A DNA stretch of 64,000 nucleotides. It comes from Octopus vulgaris. Taxonomy: Eukaryota. Shown piece after piece: positions 42,846-56,520 of the stretch. Position 1 is the stretch's first letter. The number at the start of each line of letters is the position of its first letter. Below the pieces are notes generated by a model. It was not told the DNA's origin, searched no databases, and saw only the letters and a program-made list of their open reading frames with translations. The position numbers and the translations under genes are program-made. Location of the stretch: the NCBI GenBank assembly GCA_951406725.2, contig OX597833.1:68758001-68822000 (forward strand). Direction: 5' to 3'.

Positions 42846-43799
42846 GCAATAAGCTTTAATGATTATTCGAGTAACAATATTAAATATTTACCAAAACATA
42901 GAACTGATATTTCCTGCAAGTCATTTGACTTCAATAAACTTCAAATATCTGAATAAAAAATAATTTCAAACAAGACATTTCTGAACAAAAGATACATTGG
43001 TCTTTCTGCATTTAAGTGTAATGAAAATTTCAGCGGATTTAACTGATTTCCGCAGTAAAAAAGTTTTAAGAGATATTTAGATCAAGAGGACAATAGATCG
43101 GCAGTAACTCTGCTTAAAATGCAGGATGTGCTGTTATTCACATCGATACAATGCGAATTACGTTCTCACCCATCAACAGCAAACTTAAAATGAACACGGA
43201 ATGAATACAGGGATATCATTGCAATAATACACTAGAATTTTTGCGGTAAATTTAGTTTTGGATGCAAAGAAAAATCTTTATTACCATTTAGTTGGCATAG
43301 AATTTCAAGCCGGCAAACATGCGGAAGTGACTTCACTTCTGCTATACAAACGAAAAGAAGAATAGAACACAGCAAGACGGATGTTGAAGTCTCCGATGGG
43401 AAATTGTATAGCGATCGGCGTTTCATGCTTATTCGATATCAGAAAATAAAATAACAAATAGCAGAATACCGTACCACGTTGAAGTAAGTGCTACAAGAAA
43501 GATTATAATAGCAGCGATTGTGATTGGAAGTTTTAGGAATAGTGTCAAAATAGCTGAGAAGAAACTTTCTAAAATTTTACCTTAACTTGGAAATAGTTTC
43601 AGGAAAAAATATTCGAAGAGTGCTCAAGTTTGTGAAAGAACACATACAAAGAGGTGGAAAACGATTTTTGCAGAAGGTACGAACTCTGCTCCTCTTCCTG
43701 CACTTTTGGTTTGATAAGTAGTATAATCCAAGCAGAAAAGGCGCCAATTGTTTGTTGCAATCGTCAACACTACTACTACTAATACTAATAATAATAGGT

Positions 43800-44172
43800 A
43801 CAAATTTTGCCACAAGGGCAGCGATTTTGAGGATGGGGATGTATCAATTAGATCGACACCAGTACGTAACGTATACTTAATTTATCGACCCCGAATGGAT
43901 AAAAGAATTTGAACTAAGAACGTAGCGGCAGACGAAATACCTATTTCTTTACTAACAACAATGGGCTAAACACAGAGGGGACAAACAAGGACAAACAGAC
44001 GGATTAAGTCGATTACATCGACTCCAGTGCGTAACTGGTACTTATTTAATCGCACCTGAAAGTATGAAATGCAAAGTCGACCTCGGCGGAATTTGAACTC
44101 AGAACGTAGCCGCAGACGAAATGCCGCTAAGCATTTCGCCCGGCGTCCTAATGATTCTGCTAGCTCACCACT
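43800..44172 (-). mobile_element. SINE family B tandem copy
   Basis: Junction gacgaaatac|ctatttctttact at about 43940. Confidence 0.8.
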
Positions 44173-44175
44173 CTC

Positions 44176-44212
<37 letters not shown>

Positions 44213-44296
44213 TGAGCTGAAACTAGATAAAATATAAATATAAAATATAATAATAATTATTATTATTATTATAATGTTGATGATGATGATAATAAT

Positions 44297-44938
44297 CAGA
44301 AATCGAAACTGCTGACAAATGGTACAAGCACCAACTTGAGGTTGTAAATCAGGGAGAAAATGTAATAATTCTTTGAGACTTTTCCAGTATGTATAGACCG
44401 GACCATCAAAGTTAATAAGCCAAATATTGCTGTGAAAGTCCAAAACAATAAAGTATGTTTATTGATTGACATGAGCTTACCCTGCGACCATAATATCTCG
44501 GCAAATGAATTTGATAAGGTCAGAAAATATAAAGACTAGCTGATCGAAATCATAAAGAAGTGACGTCTCATAACAATTACAATACCAGTGGTTGTAGAAG
44601 CGCTGGAAATGATTAGAAAAGAACTGAACATTATTTGAGAATGATCCCTGGCTTAACATCCATACAGGAAGTGCAACAGATTGTCTTAACCGGTACGTCA
44701 CACGTACCGAGAAGTGCACTGTTGCTGTGAATTTTCTTGTCTTTTGCCCCCTTATATTCTTGGTTTTGTTATTTTATTTTATTTTTCTGCACTGTCTTTC
44801 TTTCCATTTTTGTCTATCACTTTCTAAATGAACAATCTGGTGTTTTTATTTCGGTGGCCTACCAATGTATACGCAGAGTATATGTATCCTATGTGTCAGG
44901 AAGGCACTCAGCAAGAAATGGAAGCAAAATACAAAGAT
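44297..44938 (+). mobile_element. 5'-truncated R4/Dong-clade non-LTR retrotransposon (restriction-like endonuclease domain, pseudogenised)
   Basis: KWYKH...ENVIIL*DF...DRTIKVNKPNI...CLLIDMSLPCD...KVRKYKD...IPVVVEALEMI with stops and frameshifts; flanked by AAT/GAT repeats. Confidence 0.8.
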
Positions 44939-45370
44939 GATGATGATGATAATAATAGTAATCTACAAGATCACAAATCTCAAGGAATAGAATTAGTCGA
45001 TTGAAAGAAATCGTCCTTTTACTGCAATGTAGCTTGGAGATTTACGTCCGCTATTAGATAGCTGTAATCACCAAAATAAGTATTTTTATTGCAGAATGGT
45101 TAAAAGTATAGAAAACAACTACAATATAAACGTGCTAAAATTTTGAGTCCAATGAATTTTTGTAGCAATCTTTCATGTTTCATGACCTTTCATAATTCGA
45201 TGTGAAAAAACATCTTAAAAGCATGTAGCTGATTCTAATAAATATCGATGTGTAAAAATATACTAAAGATTCTCAGGGAATGAATAGAAACTCAGGGATG
45301 AAACCGGACGCAATACTTTATGGCGTTAAAATTTATATGAATTTAATATTTTTATATTCTTCTTTTACAG

Positions 45371-45492
45371 CTATACCAAAAAAGGTAGTTATAACAAGCG
45401 AGCAAGTAAGCGAGTACAGCGAGGCTTATCGGATTTCATGGACTGTTTGGTCAGCCAGTCAACTCGTTTCCAACAAGATATTACTACGAATG
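45371..45492 (+). CDS. Exon F; N-terminal half of fibronectin type III domain
   Basis: ttcttcttttacag / gtgagt; AIPKKVVITSEQVSEYSEAYRISWTVWSASQLVSNKILLRM (FN3 xISW motif); phase 1-0. Confidence 0.88.
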
Positions 45493-45518
45493 GTGAGTAA
45501 ATATATAATATATACATA

Positions 45519-45734
45519 CGAAGGGATGCTGAAAAGTTCCTGGTTTTGGAGAATAGAAAATACAAACGTGTCAATTAATTATGCTTTTATTCAAAATATT
45601 CTCCCCTCAAATTCACACACTTATTCCAGCGGTCCTTCAGTTTTTCTAAGCCCCTTAAAATAACTTGGGATTTTCGGCCTCCAAACAGGTCCTTCGTGAT
45701 CTTCTAAGCGCCAGAAACATTTCGGTACCCCTCG
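45519..45734 (-). mobile_element. Mariner-derived MITE
   Basis: Imperfect TIRs cgaagggatgctgaaaagttcctgg / ccagaaacatttcggtacccctcg; 5' TA; minus strand carries ILRGLEKLKDRWNKCVNLRGEYFE* (mariner transposase C-terminus). Confidence 0.78.
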
Positions 45735-46524
45735 TTTATAATTAAACAATATATATCATTAAATTAGAATGTAATGTGAGCAGATGAGATTGATTTATAT
45801 TTCCCATAAGATTTCCATACGGTTACAGCCGTTTCGTAACAATCTTTATGTGGCATTCAGCTTAACATATATGCAGATGTTTCCATTAATAAACATATTG
45901 AACATTATACATCACTTTGTTATATTCACAAATTTATGCAAATATAGAAAAGTCACTTGCCAGGTCACCCGAAAAATCGTGCCTATAACTACGATTCACG
46001 AATTGAATAAATCATCTGCTAATCTCATTCGAGTGTAGACATATTTGGTATATATTTGTGTACGTCTGTTTGTGTGCATGCTCTTGTTTACTTCTTTGTT
46101 GTGTATGAGAATAAATTTCCTCAAGTCTCCCGTCGAACAATCCAAAAGCGCGATGTAATGATATGAAATAAAGAGAAGTTTTTCACAATTGTACAAATCG
46201 GTTTTCGAACCCCAAAAATCTATGCCAATCTGATGCAATTACAGATGCTTGTTGGAGCGGAAGGCTATATAAATAACTAGCTCTGTGTCAATTTTGAGAT
46301 ACATAAGCACACGCGCACGTGCACAACAAGCACGCATGTGTTGTCTAAATTCAAATATATCAGTGGCTTTTGAGCAATGGAAAACGGAAAGCTTTTAACA
46401 TAAAACTGGACCCTATATATATATATATATATCAGGAGGCGTTGATGCTTCCTAGGGCTATACAGCGGCGGTGTACTCCCCTACTGTCACGTTCGTGTTA
46501 GATTGACAGTATACAACCATTCTA

Positions 46525-46557
<33 letters not shown>

Positions 46558-48159
46558 AATGAGAGGGAGAGATAGCGAGCGCCAGAATAGATGTTAGTAA
46601 GCTAAATGAAAAACAATTATGGACGGCGAAGTAGTATTGAAATAGTAATCCAAAAATTCCAAAGTTTTGTAAAAACGATTCGCTTTGGAAATATATAAAA
46701 AAGAAAGAAGTAAAGATGGCCAAAGGTAGTTTGATTTTCAGAGGAAACATGTAGAAGACAAAAAGTGCAGATTACAACAAAGAAAACGGATACTAGACAA
46801 ATATATTGATGTTTCGTGTAACACACGTTTTATATAACCAGAAGCCATATTAGTTTTGGTTTTTTCGAACAGACAGATTTCTTTAGAATTTTGCCGTATG
46901 ATGGCATAGTATCATTACTGTCTGCTTGTAGCTTATTGGAATTCTTTCGTAAATAGAATTTTCAATTCCACAACAAATGGCAGAAGACAATACACATTAG
47001 TGTGAAGAACGAGACGACTATATCAACCGAAACACCAATATTTTATTTTTTCAATTTATCGACACCTAAAAAGCGAAAAGCTGCAAAGTAGGGCCTTACG
47101 GGATTAGAAATCGGAATGTTTAGTACCGTAACGAAAAATATCAAGTTGTTTCGTTTGATGCCTAATATATTCAGACTTTTAACCCCCTCCAGCAACAATT
47201 GTTGCAATATCTCAACAGTGGGAGTGTGGCTTGATCGATAATATCGAATTCCATTGCTTCAAAGGTATGTATATATATATATATATATATATATACATTA
47301 TTGAACCCCTCAAGGATGAAAAGCAAATTAAGATGGTGGGAACTTATACAGCAATAACTAAATTTAAGAAGCATCGGCGTTGTTGGTAATATATGTTTCA
47401 AAGAGCAAAATGTCTTTGGAATCACAGCATGCACTACTCAAGAAATTTGAGTTGGTGACAAATTAATTCCAATAATGAATATAGGTTTATGTAACAAGAT
47501 CTAGGCTATAACAACAATTATGAATTACAATAATTGCAGAACTATCAGCGTAAGAAGGTGCAGTAACAGCAGAATTTATATAATAATATTCGAATCTATA
47601 TTTATTCAACCAAACTTGCAAACGCTATAGTAAAAGGCAGACGGAGAGAGAGATATACGTGGCATGGGAATGCATATTTATGTGAAATTATATATTAAAA
47701 TCCAAACAAGTATATAAGATATGGATTTCTTGATCAAGCTACATTACACGATCGCAAGGATGTCCTCATTTTAATAACACATGTATCCTGGACACACACA
47801 CACATACATACATACATATATACATTCATACATGGACTCACTCGTTTTCAGCCACGTATGGGGCTTCATCAATTTCCTATTGAACAACCACACAGATGAT
47901 TTACTTACATAGTGATCAAATGTCTGTGTACACACACACACACACACACGTGTTATCAGAATTTACGTATTGTTAATCAGTAATTCAGAAAACTATTTGT
48001 CTGTTATTTAAGAATTTATAACCTCCTAATCATTTTATCTTGAATGGAACTGTATATTCCATATGATTTCTACAATGATACATCAAGAACGATTTTTTAG
48101 GAGTACTACAGCATTACTGGCATCAATGTAATGTTTAATTTATATATATATATTTGACC

Positions 48160-48425
48160 CTGTTATCTCCCCTATTTTCGCTCTTGCGTCTCACGTTTGA
48201 TCTTTGACTTCTGGCCGGAATCAGATCGCCATGTTGATTCGCTAGCTTCTGCCCGCATTTTTTTTCTCTCCTTGTTTCTTTTTGTGTATCTTTCTGTTGA
48301 AGAGCGTAGGCTCGAAACGTAAAATACTTGTTTTATTTATATTCCTGAGCGCCATAATAATACAATTGTTTGTTTATATTCCACCTGCCTTCGTCTTTCG
48401 TTTATTTTCATAAAGCTTCCCGTTA
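48160..48425 (+). mobile_element. Penelope-like terminal remnant with degenerate hammerhead
   Basis: ttt-CTGTTGA-A-GAGC-GTAG-GCTC-GAAACGT-A-aaa (48291-48324); tail similar to 26196-26270. Confidence 0.5.
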
Positions 48426-48492
48426 TATATATATATATATATATAATATATATAAACACACGTATATCAATTTCATTTCTACTTCTTTACAG

Positions 48493-48697
48493 ATTAATTT
48501 TACAGAGCCGAAAGAATGGCAAGAAATTAATGTACCCGTCGAGAAAACTAAATTCAGGGGACGAGGCCAAAAATACGATCTCACCTTTGATATGACTGGC
48601 TTAACTGCCGATAGTACTTACGAGGCTATGATACAAGCTGAGAACGATTACGGCTATGGCGAATTTAGTGATGTCCTAATATTTGAAACCCCAAAAT
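48493..48697 (+). CDS. Exon G; C-terminal half of FN3 domain
   Basis: acttctttacag / gtaagt; INFTEPKEWQEINVP...MTGLTADSTYEAMIQAENDYGYGEFSDVLIFETPK (GLxxxxxYxxxxxAxNxxGxG); phase 0-1. Confidence 0.92.
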
Positions 48698-48812
48698 GTA
48701 AGTAGAGAGATTATCATATAACTATTTCGTTCTTATTCCAGTACAATGGGGATGAAAGAAAAGATAAAGCGGATCTTATTTTCAGATGATAAAGACATCT
48801 TACGTGGCATGA

Positions 48813-48814
<2 letters not shown>

Positions 48815-48879
<65 letters not shown>

Positions 48880-48888
48880 CACACATAT

Positions 48889-48925
<37 letters not shown>

Positions 48926-49313
48926 AAACTATACATATATATACATATATAGACATACATATATATAAATATATATATATATAGATAGATAGATAGATAG
49001 ATAGACATACATATATAAATATATGCATATGCATACACATACATATATGCATATATATGCATGTACATACATACACGTATATCTATATATGCATATATAT
49101 ATATATATACACATAAATGCATATATATATTTCTACACATATATACCTAGATATATATATATAACTACATATATACACGTCTATATATACATACATATAT
49201 ACATATATACATAAATATATGGATACATATATATGCATGTATAAATACACAAACATATATGTAAATATACATATATGCATATACACATAATGATATATAC
49301 ATAGACATATATA

Positions 49314-49346
<33 letters not shown>

Positions 49347-49775
49347 TTATATACATACATACATATATATATTTATATACATACATATATATATTTATAT
49401 ACATACATATATACATACATACAAACACGTAAGACTGAATGCAATCCATGTAGAAAATTATCTCTGTATAACATGCTTTACGTAAGGCAGATTTATAAAA
49501 TTCAGCGTCATTGAAAAATATATCACTGATATTATTTCTCCGGAATAATATCAGTGATATCTTGGAAACACGTATTGTGAGTAAAAGACTTTTGATAACA
49601 ACTGCGTTTAACTCCATTTATTTATTCCAATATTATACAAAACATTCCCTGTAAACTCGAAGTTTCTTCCTTTAAAAACAAGGAATTACAACCTTTTTAC
49701 GTGTGTGACGTTTTGCTACCCTGTTAACCAATTATCTATTTTTACCGTGTTAATTGTTAACTAGGGAAAATTACA

Positions 49776-49815
<40 letters not shown>

Positions 49816-50460
49816 TATACTTAAATATATACATATATATACTAATATATATATATATGAATATATATATATGCATAAATATATACCTATATATATATAC
49901 GTATACACATATACATATATATATATACATACACACACATACACATATATATATACATACACACATATATATATATATATATACACGCATATATATATAT
50001 ACATATATATATACTTAAATATATATTAATATATATATGAATATATATATGCATAAATATAAATATATACCTATATATATATATACGTATACCCATATAC
50101 ATATATATATATATACACACGCATATATATGCATATATATATACATATATATATATACACACATATATACATATATATATATACATACATATATACATAT
50201 ATATAGACCCATGTATATATATACACAGATATATATGTACACACACATACACACATATATATATACATATATACATACATGCAGATATACACATATTCAT
50301 ATATATGTACACGTATGTATGCTTATCTAGATATATATATGTATGTAGTTATATACATTACATGTACATAAGTTGATATATACTCATATATATGTATATA
50401 TATATACACACACACGCACGCACGCACACACACGCATATATATTTATATATATCCATATA
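48815..50460. repeat. Two compound TA/CA microsatellite blocks (48815-49425, 49778-50460)
   Basis: Direct inspection. Confidence 0.9.
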
Positions 50461-51562
50461 TAGATATGTGTATTGTTCGCCTTGTCTACAATTCATGCAA
50501 AAATATATAAATACTTACCAGGGTAGCAAAATATCACAGAAGAAAAAGGGGCATGGCACCATATTTTTTGAGGTAGAAACTCCTGGTTGATGAGAAATAT
50601 TTTGCATAATACATAAATAAATAAAAAAAAGCTAAACACTGGTTTTATTCAGATTCTTTTACTTCCGACACATGTTTCGAAGATATTATTCGTTTTATTC
50701 CAAAGAATAAACTTGTTCAAAACAACGTAATCTTCTCTTCTGTTATCAAGTCGTGCAGGGTTAGGATTGGTTTTGTCAACACAAAAGATCACTGATAAAT
50801 TATCTCCTCACGTAATATTAGTCTGTTAAATAAGAATCCATTTTCAAATACTAACATTAATTCAGTTAATACCATCCATCTCATTAGAAATATTAATAAC
50901 AGGTTATTGTATCTGAGTCAATTCCAACAGAATTAAGTTTATGTCAAGTTATTCTGACATGAAAATCCATATTTACCGGTGTGAAATTAATTTAGGTACC
51001 GATGCCTTTTTTTTTATATAGGTACTACTCCTCAGTTATCTAAAAGAAATTCTTATCATTCATTACTCTACATTTAGGGATAGGAATAAACGGATGAGTG
51101 CAGGCTTATTGAATTAATCTGGTATCTAAAAGACAACAATGAACACTTTAATTTAGATTGGTTGATTCTCTCAATTTCGTTCCCATATGATAAAGGCAAG
51201 GAATTTTGTCTTCTCTGTAATTGTGATCTACTTTTATGCTTTGTTTTCTAAAATCCCCTTGTAAACACTGTTATAGAAGTGTGCTTATCGATGTAAACAT
51301 TGTAAGAAAGATACCTTTAGTTCATAAACGTGATATATACAATTACTTATAATTTAAACATAGATTTTATTCATACGTTTCACTTTCACTAGATATATCT
51401 TTTTCCAAGACTTTAAGGTTTTTATTTTACTCACATATCGTTCTATATTTCTCATTTATTTGGTTTCGTTTACCCCCTCTCCTCTAACTATATGATACTA
51501 TCCTATAACGTTTTTTTTTTAACTTAATAGTGTTCAGTTCATCACTTTACATATCCGTCGTA

Positions 51563-51647
51563 TTCCCTGAAGAGAAGATTACATTCTTTTAGACCATTTT
51601 ATTCCTTTGGAATAATAAGAATGATATATTCGAAACATGTGTCGGAA
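51563..51647 (+). ncRNA. Minimal type I hammerhead ribozyme motif (Penelope-type)
   Basis: TTCC-CTGAAGA-GAAGAT...ATATTC-GAAAC-ATGT-GTC-GGAA; intact core with GUC cleavage triplet. Confidence 0.6.
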
Positions 51648-51684
51648 GTAAAAAAATTGAATAACACCTACGTTTATCTCCATT

Positions 51685-52371
51685 TATATATATATATATA
51701 TACATATATATATACATATACGCACAAATATATATACATACATACATGTATATACATATACATACATGTATATACATATATATATCTATATATATATACA
51801 TAAATCTATAGATATATAAATCTATAAATGCATATATATGTATATACATACTTATATACATATATAAGTGCATACATATACACACATATATACATGTATA
51901 CACACACACACACATATATATGCATACATATATATATATATATATACATATGCATACATATATATATATACATATGCATACATATATATATATACATATG
52001 CATACATATATATATATACATATGCATACATATATATATATACATATGCATGCATATATATATATATATATATGCATACATATATATATATACATATATA
52101 TGCATACATATATATATATATACATATATATGCATACATATATATATATATATATATGCATACATATATATATACATATATATACATATATATATACATT
52201 ATATATGTGTATATATATGTATGCATACATATATATATATATACATACATATATATATATATACATACATATATATACACATATATACATATGTTTATAT
52301 ACTATGCTTATTGCTTTTTCTGGTTTCACTTTTCATTCCCCTCATTCTCAAGGAACACACACACACATATG

Positions 52372-52420
<49 letters not shown>

Positions 52421-52430
52421 TATATATAAT
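51685..52430. repeat. Compound TA/CA/tgcataca microsatellite
   Basis: Direct inspection. Confidence 0.92.
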
Positions 52431-54807
52431 ATATACCTGTATGTCCTTATCTGTTTTCTCCATTCGTCTGTATCCCGTCTCATCGAACATATACTGTTCT
52501 GCTTTCTCTGTACTTTGTAAATTGGGGAACATCTATCTCTGGGAATGGAAAAGCTGGTTAATACCTGTAATATTACAATTATGTCTCAAGTCCTTTAAGA
52601 GAAATGCATGCAAAATTGATGATAGTTGATATTAATAGAAGAGGGAGTTAATGTGGACCATTAATCCATTGCCATTTAATGCGGCTGGAAGTAAAGAGAA
52701 AAAAAAGAAAATTCATTCATCTATCTATATATATATATATGTACATACAAAGTGTGAGTATATGTGTAGCACAGCTCAGAGCGTGTCCCATTTCCATCTT
52801 AGATGTGCCACAAATAGTGCAAACTGCAATTAATTTACGGTCAAGGTTTTTGGAATAGGAATGACTGATTTGTAGATTTTTTAAGTATGAAGATCATTCT
52901 TTGATGTGACAGATCACTAATTTTCACATTCTCGTATGTCTTTGATCTATCAATAATCTTCAATATTTGAAGATATTGTGTGCTTTTTCTTAAATCACCA
53001 AGATGTATTTGGCTAATGGTGTCAAAAGAAGGAATTAAGGTTGTAGAACTTTTAATAACATCACTAGACTGATTTGATAATCGATAAAGTACAGTAATGC
53101 ATGAATGGTTATGTGACGATTCATAGACAGAATTTCGTAGATTCAGTGCGCTAAATTATCATCACTTAGACAACATCACGAACGCCTTCACTAACACGTT
53201 TGTGTGTGTGTATAAAGTAGTATGCATATATAAATGTATATGTGCATATACATAAGTGCAATCATAAGAAAATTTGCTTATGTATATAAGCGGATAGATA
53301 GATAGATTGATAGATAGATTGATAAGGATAGATAGATAGATAGACTGATAGGGATAGATAAATAGATAGATAGATAGATAGATGGATGGATGGATACATA
53401 CATACATACGTACAGCACAATGCCTAAATACCAATCTTTTAGACATTAGGCTTTACAAAACCAGAAAGGAGAAAGCTAATTCGAAGACTACAGATCCAAT
53501 CCATCACTGGAACTCTAAAAATCTGTAAACGTTTCCAGAATTTTGTGATTTAAATATATATGAGCATGTCTAGATATGTGACTATATGCATGGGTATACA
53601 TACATAAAACATACAAATCTGCTCATACATACATACATACATACATACAAAGAAAGAAAAATACACTGTTGTTGATGTTGAAATTCCAATGAAGGAACCT
53701 TAGAACTAGGTTAAGAACCGGTTCTTTTCTGTATTGTCAAGAAATCATGAAATAAACTGAATGGCATACATACATGGATGCATGAATAAAATGTGAAACA
53801 GACTGCAATTTCAAATAGGGTGGGGAAACAGTATTTACCTAGTTTCGGCACTTAGAATTGTGCGCTGGCACGACGTTAGACTTTCCATGTATAATCTTTC
53901 TGGATACCGGCTTGCGGAGTGGGTATAGCACTCTATAACCCAAGTGTGGAAAAGTAAAATATATTCTACGTGACAGCACAGGCAATGCTTAAAATTCTTT
54001 AGTCGTAAACAGATCATCGATAAAATAAATTCATGTTAAAATGTTAATTCTCTTCGTAGTATTACTTCTCGGAATAATCTATACTCAGTGTTAAGCAATC
54101 ATGAATGATTCATCATTTGTTAAGAATCGCCATTATACGGCACATGTTACCTACATAAGGTTAGATAAGGTGACCTTTCACTGCTCTATGGCTTAATGAC
54201 AAACTTAATCTTGTGTCAGCGTATACACTACACATCCCACTGCTTCTTGTTAACAACTGTATCGACCAGGCGATCAGACTGCATTTCATAATAATATATC
54301 GGAAATAGAATCGGGATTTCATATCATAATTTAACAAGATTGCATCTTAAATCTTATGAAGTTATGTGAAATTAATGTATCATCTTAGATGTGAGATTAA
54401 TAATAATAACTACCGCTGCTTGTGATTTCAAATTATCTCTCTATCTTTATTTCATTCAGAGATGCGATATTTCCTATCTGTATATATTATGTCATATTCT
54501 GATACAAATATGGCGATGATGCAAATGCGGTGTCATTATTCTATGAGTCATAACATCGCACATGGGAAGCAGAACATTAAAATTCCTAGCTTAGTTTCTA
54601 ATCACAGATTTCCATTGATTGCGAAAATAGTTTTAACTGTCACTCTCTCTCTGATGGAAATATCAATGAAATATCTATGAAATCTGCTTCGAAGCAGGTT
54701 CGAACATATATACCATTTCGATATTGATACACTTGGTCTGAAAAGTATGGGCAACACGATCTAGGTAACATTGTTGATAAAGAATAACTACGTATCTCTC
54801 TCTCTAT

Positions 54808-55019
54808 ACTCTTTTACTCTTTTACTTGTTTCAGTCATTTGACTGCGGCCATTCTGGAGCACCGCCTTTAGTCGAGAAACTCGACCCCGGGACTTATTCT
54901 TTTTGTAACCCCAGTACTTATTCTATCGGTCTCTTTTGCCGAAACGCTAAGTGACGGGGACGTAAGCACACCAGCATCGGTTGTCAAGCAATGCTAGGGG
55001 AACAAATACAGACACACAA

Positions 55020-55052
<33 letters not shown>

Positions 55053-55224
55053 CATATATACGACAGGCTTCTTTCAGTTTCCGTCTACCAAATCCACTCA
55101 CAAGGTAATTGTCGGCCCGGGGCTATAGCAGAAGACACTTGCCCAAGATGTCACGCAGTGGGATTGAACCCGGAACCATGTGGTTGGTTAGCAAGCTACT
55201 TACCACACAGCCACTCCTGCGCCT
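54808..55224 (-). mobile_element. SINE family A copy
   Basis: Full length, reverse orientation. Confidence 0.87.
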
Positions 55225-55655
55225 ATTTATCAATCCATGTATCTCTTTCCCCCCTCTTCTAACTTGTGTAGCTATCTATCTTCTTTTATATATCTCAGCC
55301 CCTGTATCTTGTTCTCCCCTTATTCAACTGTCTATCTCGATCATTTTCCCTCTCTTTTTTATATGCATATAATACGTTATAGTCTGTAGATAGATTTATA
55401 ATCCAAAGTGTGTCCTCGTAGAGCACATTTGCATATTCCAGTAGTCCGAGGTTCATTTCTAGATATTACGTGCTATATGAGAGCTCAAAATGCGGGAGAG
55501 TATCGTATGTAGAGTAATTACATATCAAAACTGAAAATTGGGAAATTCCGTATTTTTTTAAATCCCTATTGCATGTTTCATTACTTTTTATTGCATTAAT
55601 TCTTCATCTGAAGAATTACTAACAGGAGATGCTTTACAGCTCATATTATTTAATG

Positions 55656-56013
55656 AGTGGCTGTGTGGTAAGTAGCTTGCTAACCAACCACACGGTTGCG
55701 GGTTCAGTCCCACTGCGTGGCATCTTGGGCAAGTGTCTTCTGCTATAGCCCCGGGCCAAACAATGCCTTGTGAGTGGATTTGGTAGACGGAAACTGAAAG
55801 AAGCCTGTCGTATATATGTATATATATGTATGTGTGTGTGTGTTTGTGTGTCTGTATTTGTCCCCCTAGCATTGCTTGACAACCGATGCTGGTGTGTTTA
55901 CGTCCCCGTCACTTTGCGGTTCGGCAAAAAGAGACCGATAGAAAAAGTACTAAAAGGTGGTGCTCCAGCATGGCCGCAGTCAAATGACTGAAACAAGTAA
56001 AAGAGTAAAAGAG
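55656..56013 (+). mobile_element. SINE family A copy with internal deletion
   Basis: Lacks gggcttacaaagaataagtcccggggtcgatttgctcgac segment. Confidence 0.85.
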
Positions 56014-56086
56014 TATATGTACTAGAGATGAAAAATTATCCAATTTTCCCCAGGCGTCCCTTTCTTTTCTCTTTTTCTTTTTTTTA

Positions 56087-56272
56087 CATGTTTCAGTCAT
56101 TTGACTGCGGCCATGCTGGGGCACCGTCTTTAGTCAAGCAAATCGACCCCTGGACTTATTCTTTGTAAGCCTAGTACTTATGCTATCGGTCTCTTTTGCC
56201 GAACAGCTAAGTTACGGAAACGCAAACACACCAGCACCGGTTGTCAAGCGATGCTGTGGGGACAAACACAGT

Positions 56273-56357
<85 letters not shown>

Positions 56358-56520
56358 GACGGGCTTATTTCAGTTTCCGTCTACCAAATCCACCCACATG
56401 ACTTTGGTCGGCCCGAGACTATAGCAAAAGACACTTGCCCAGTGTGCCACGCAATGGGACTGAACCCGGAACCATGTGATTGGTAAGCAAGCTTCTTAAC
56501 ACACATCCACTCCTACGTCT
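56087..56520 (-). mobile_element. SINE family A copy (more diverged)
   Basis: Tail-to-tail with 55656-56013. Confidence 0.85.

Noticed and set aside
53686-53725. Hammerhead-like ccaatgaaggaacct...aggttaagaaccggttc
   Set aside because: Both core boxes are broken; too degenerate to call
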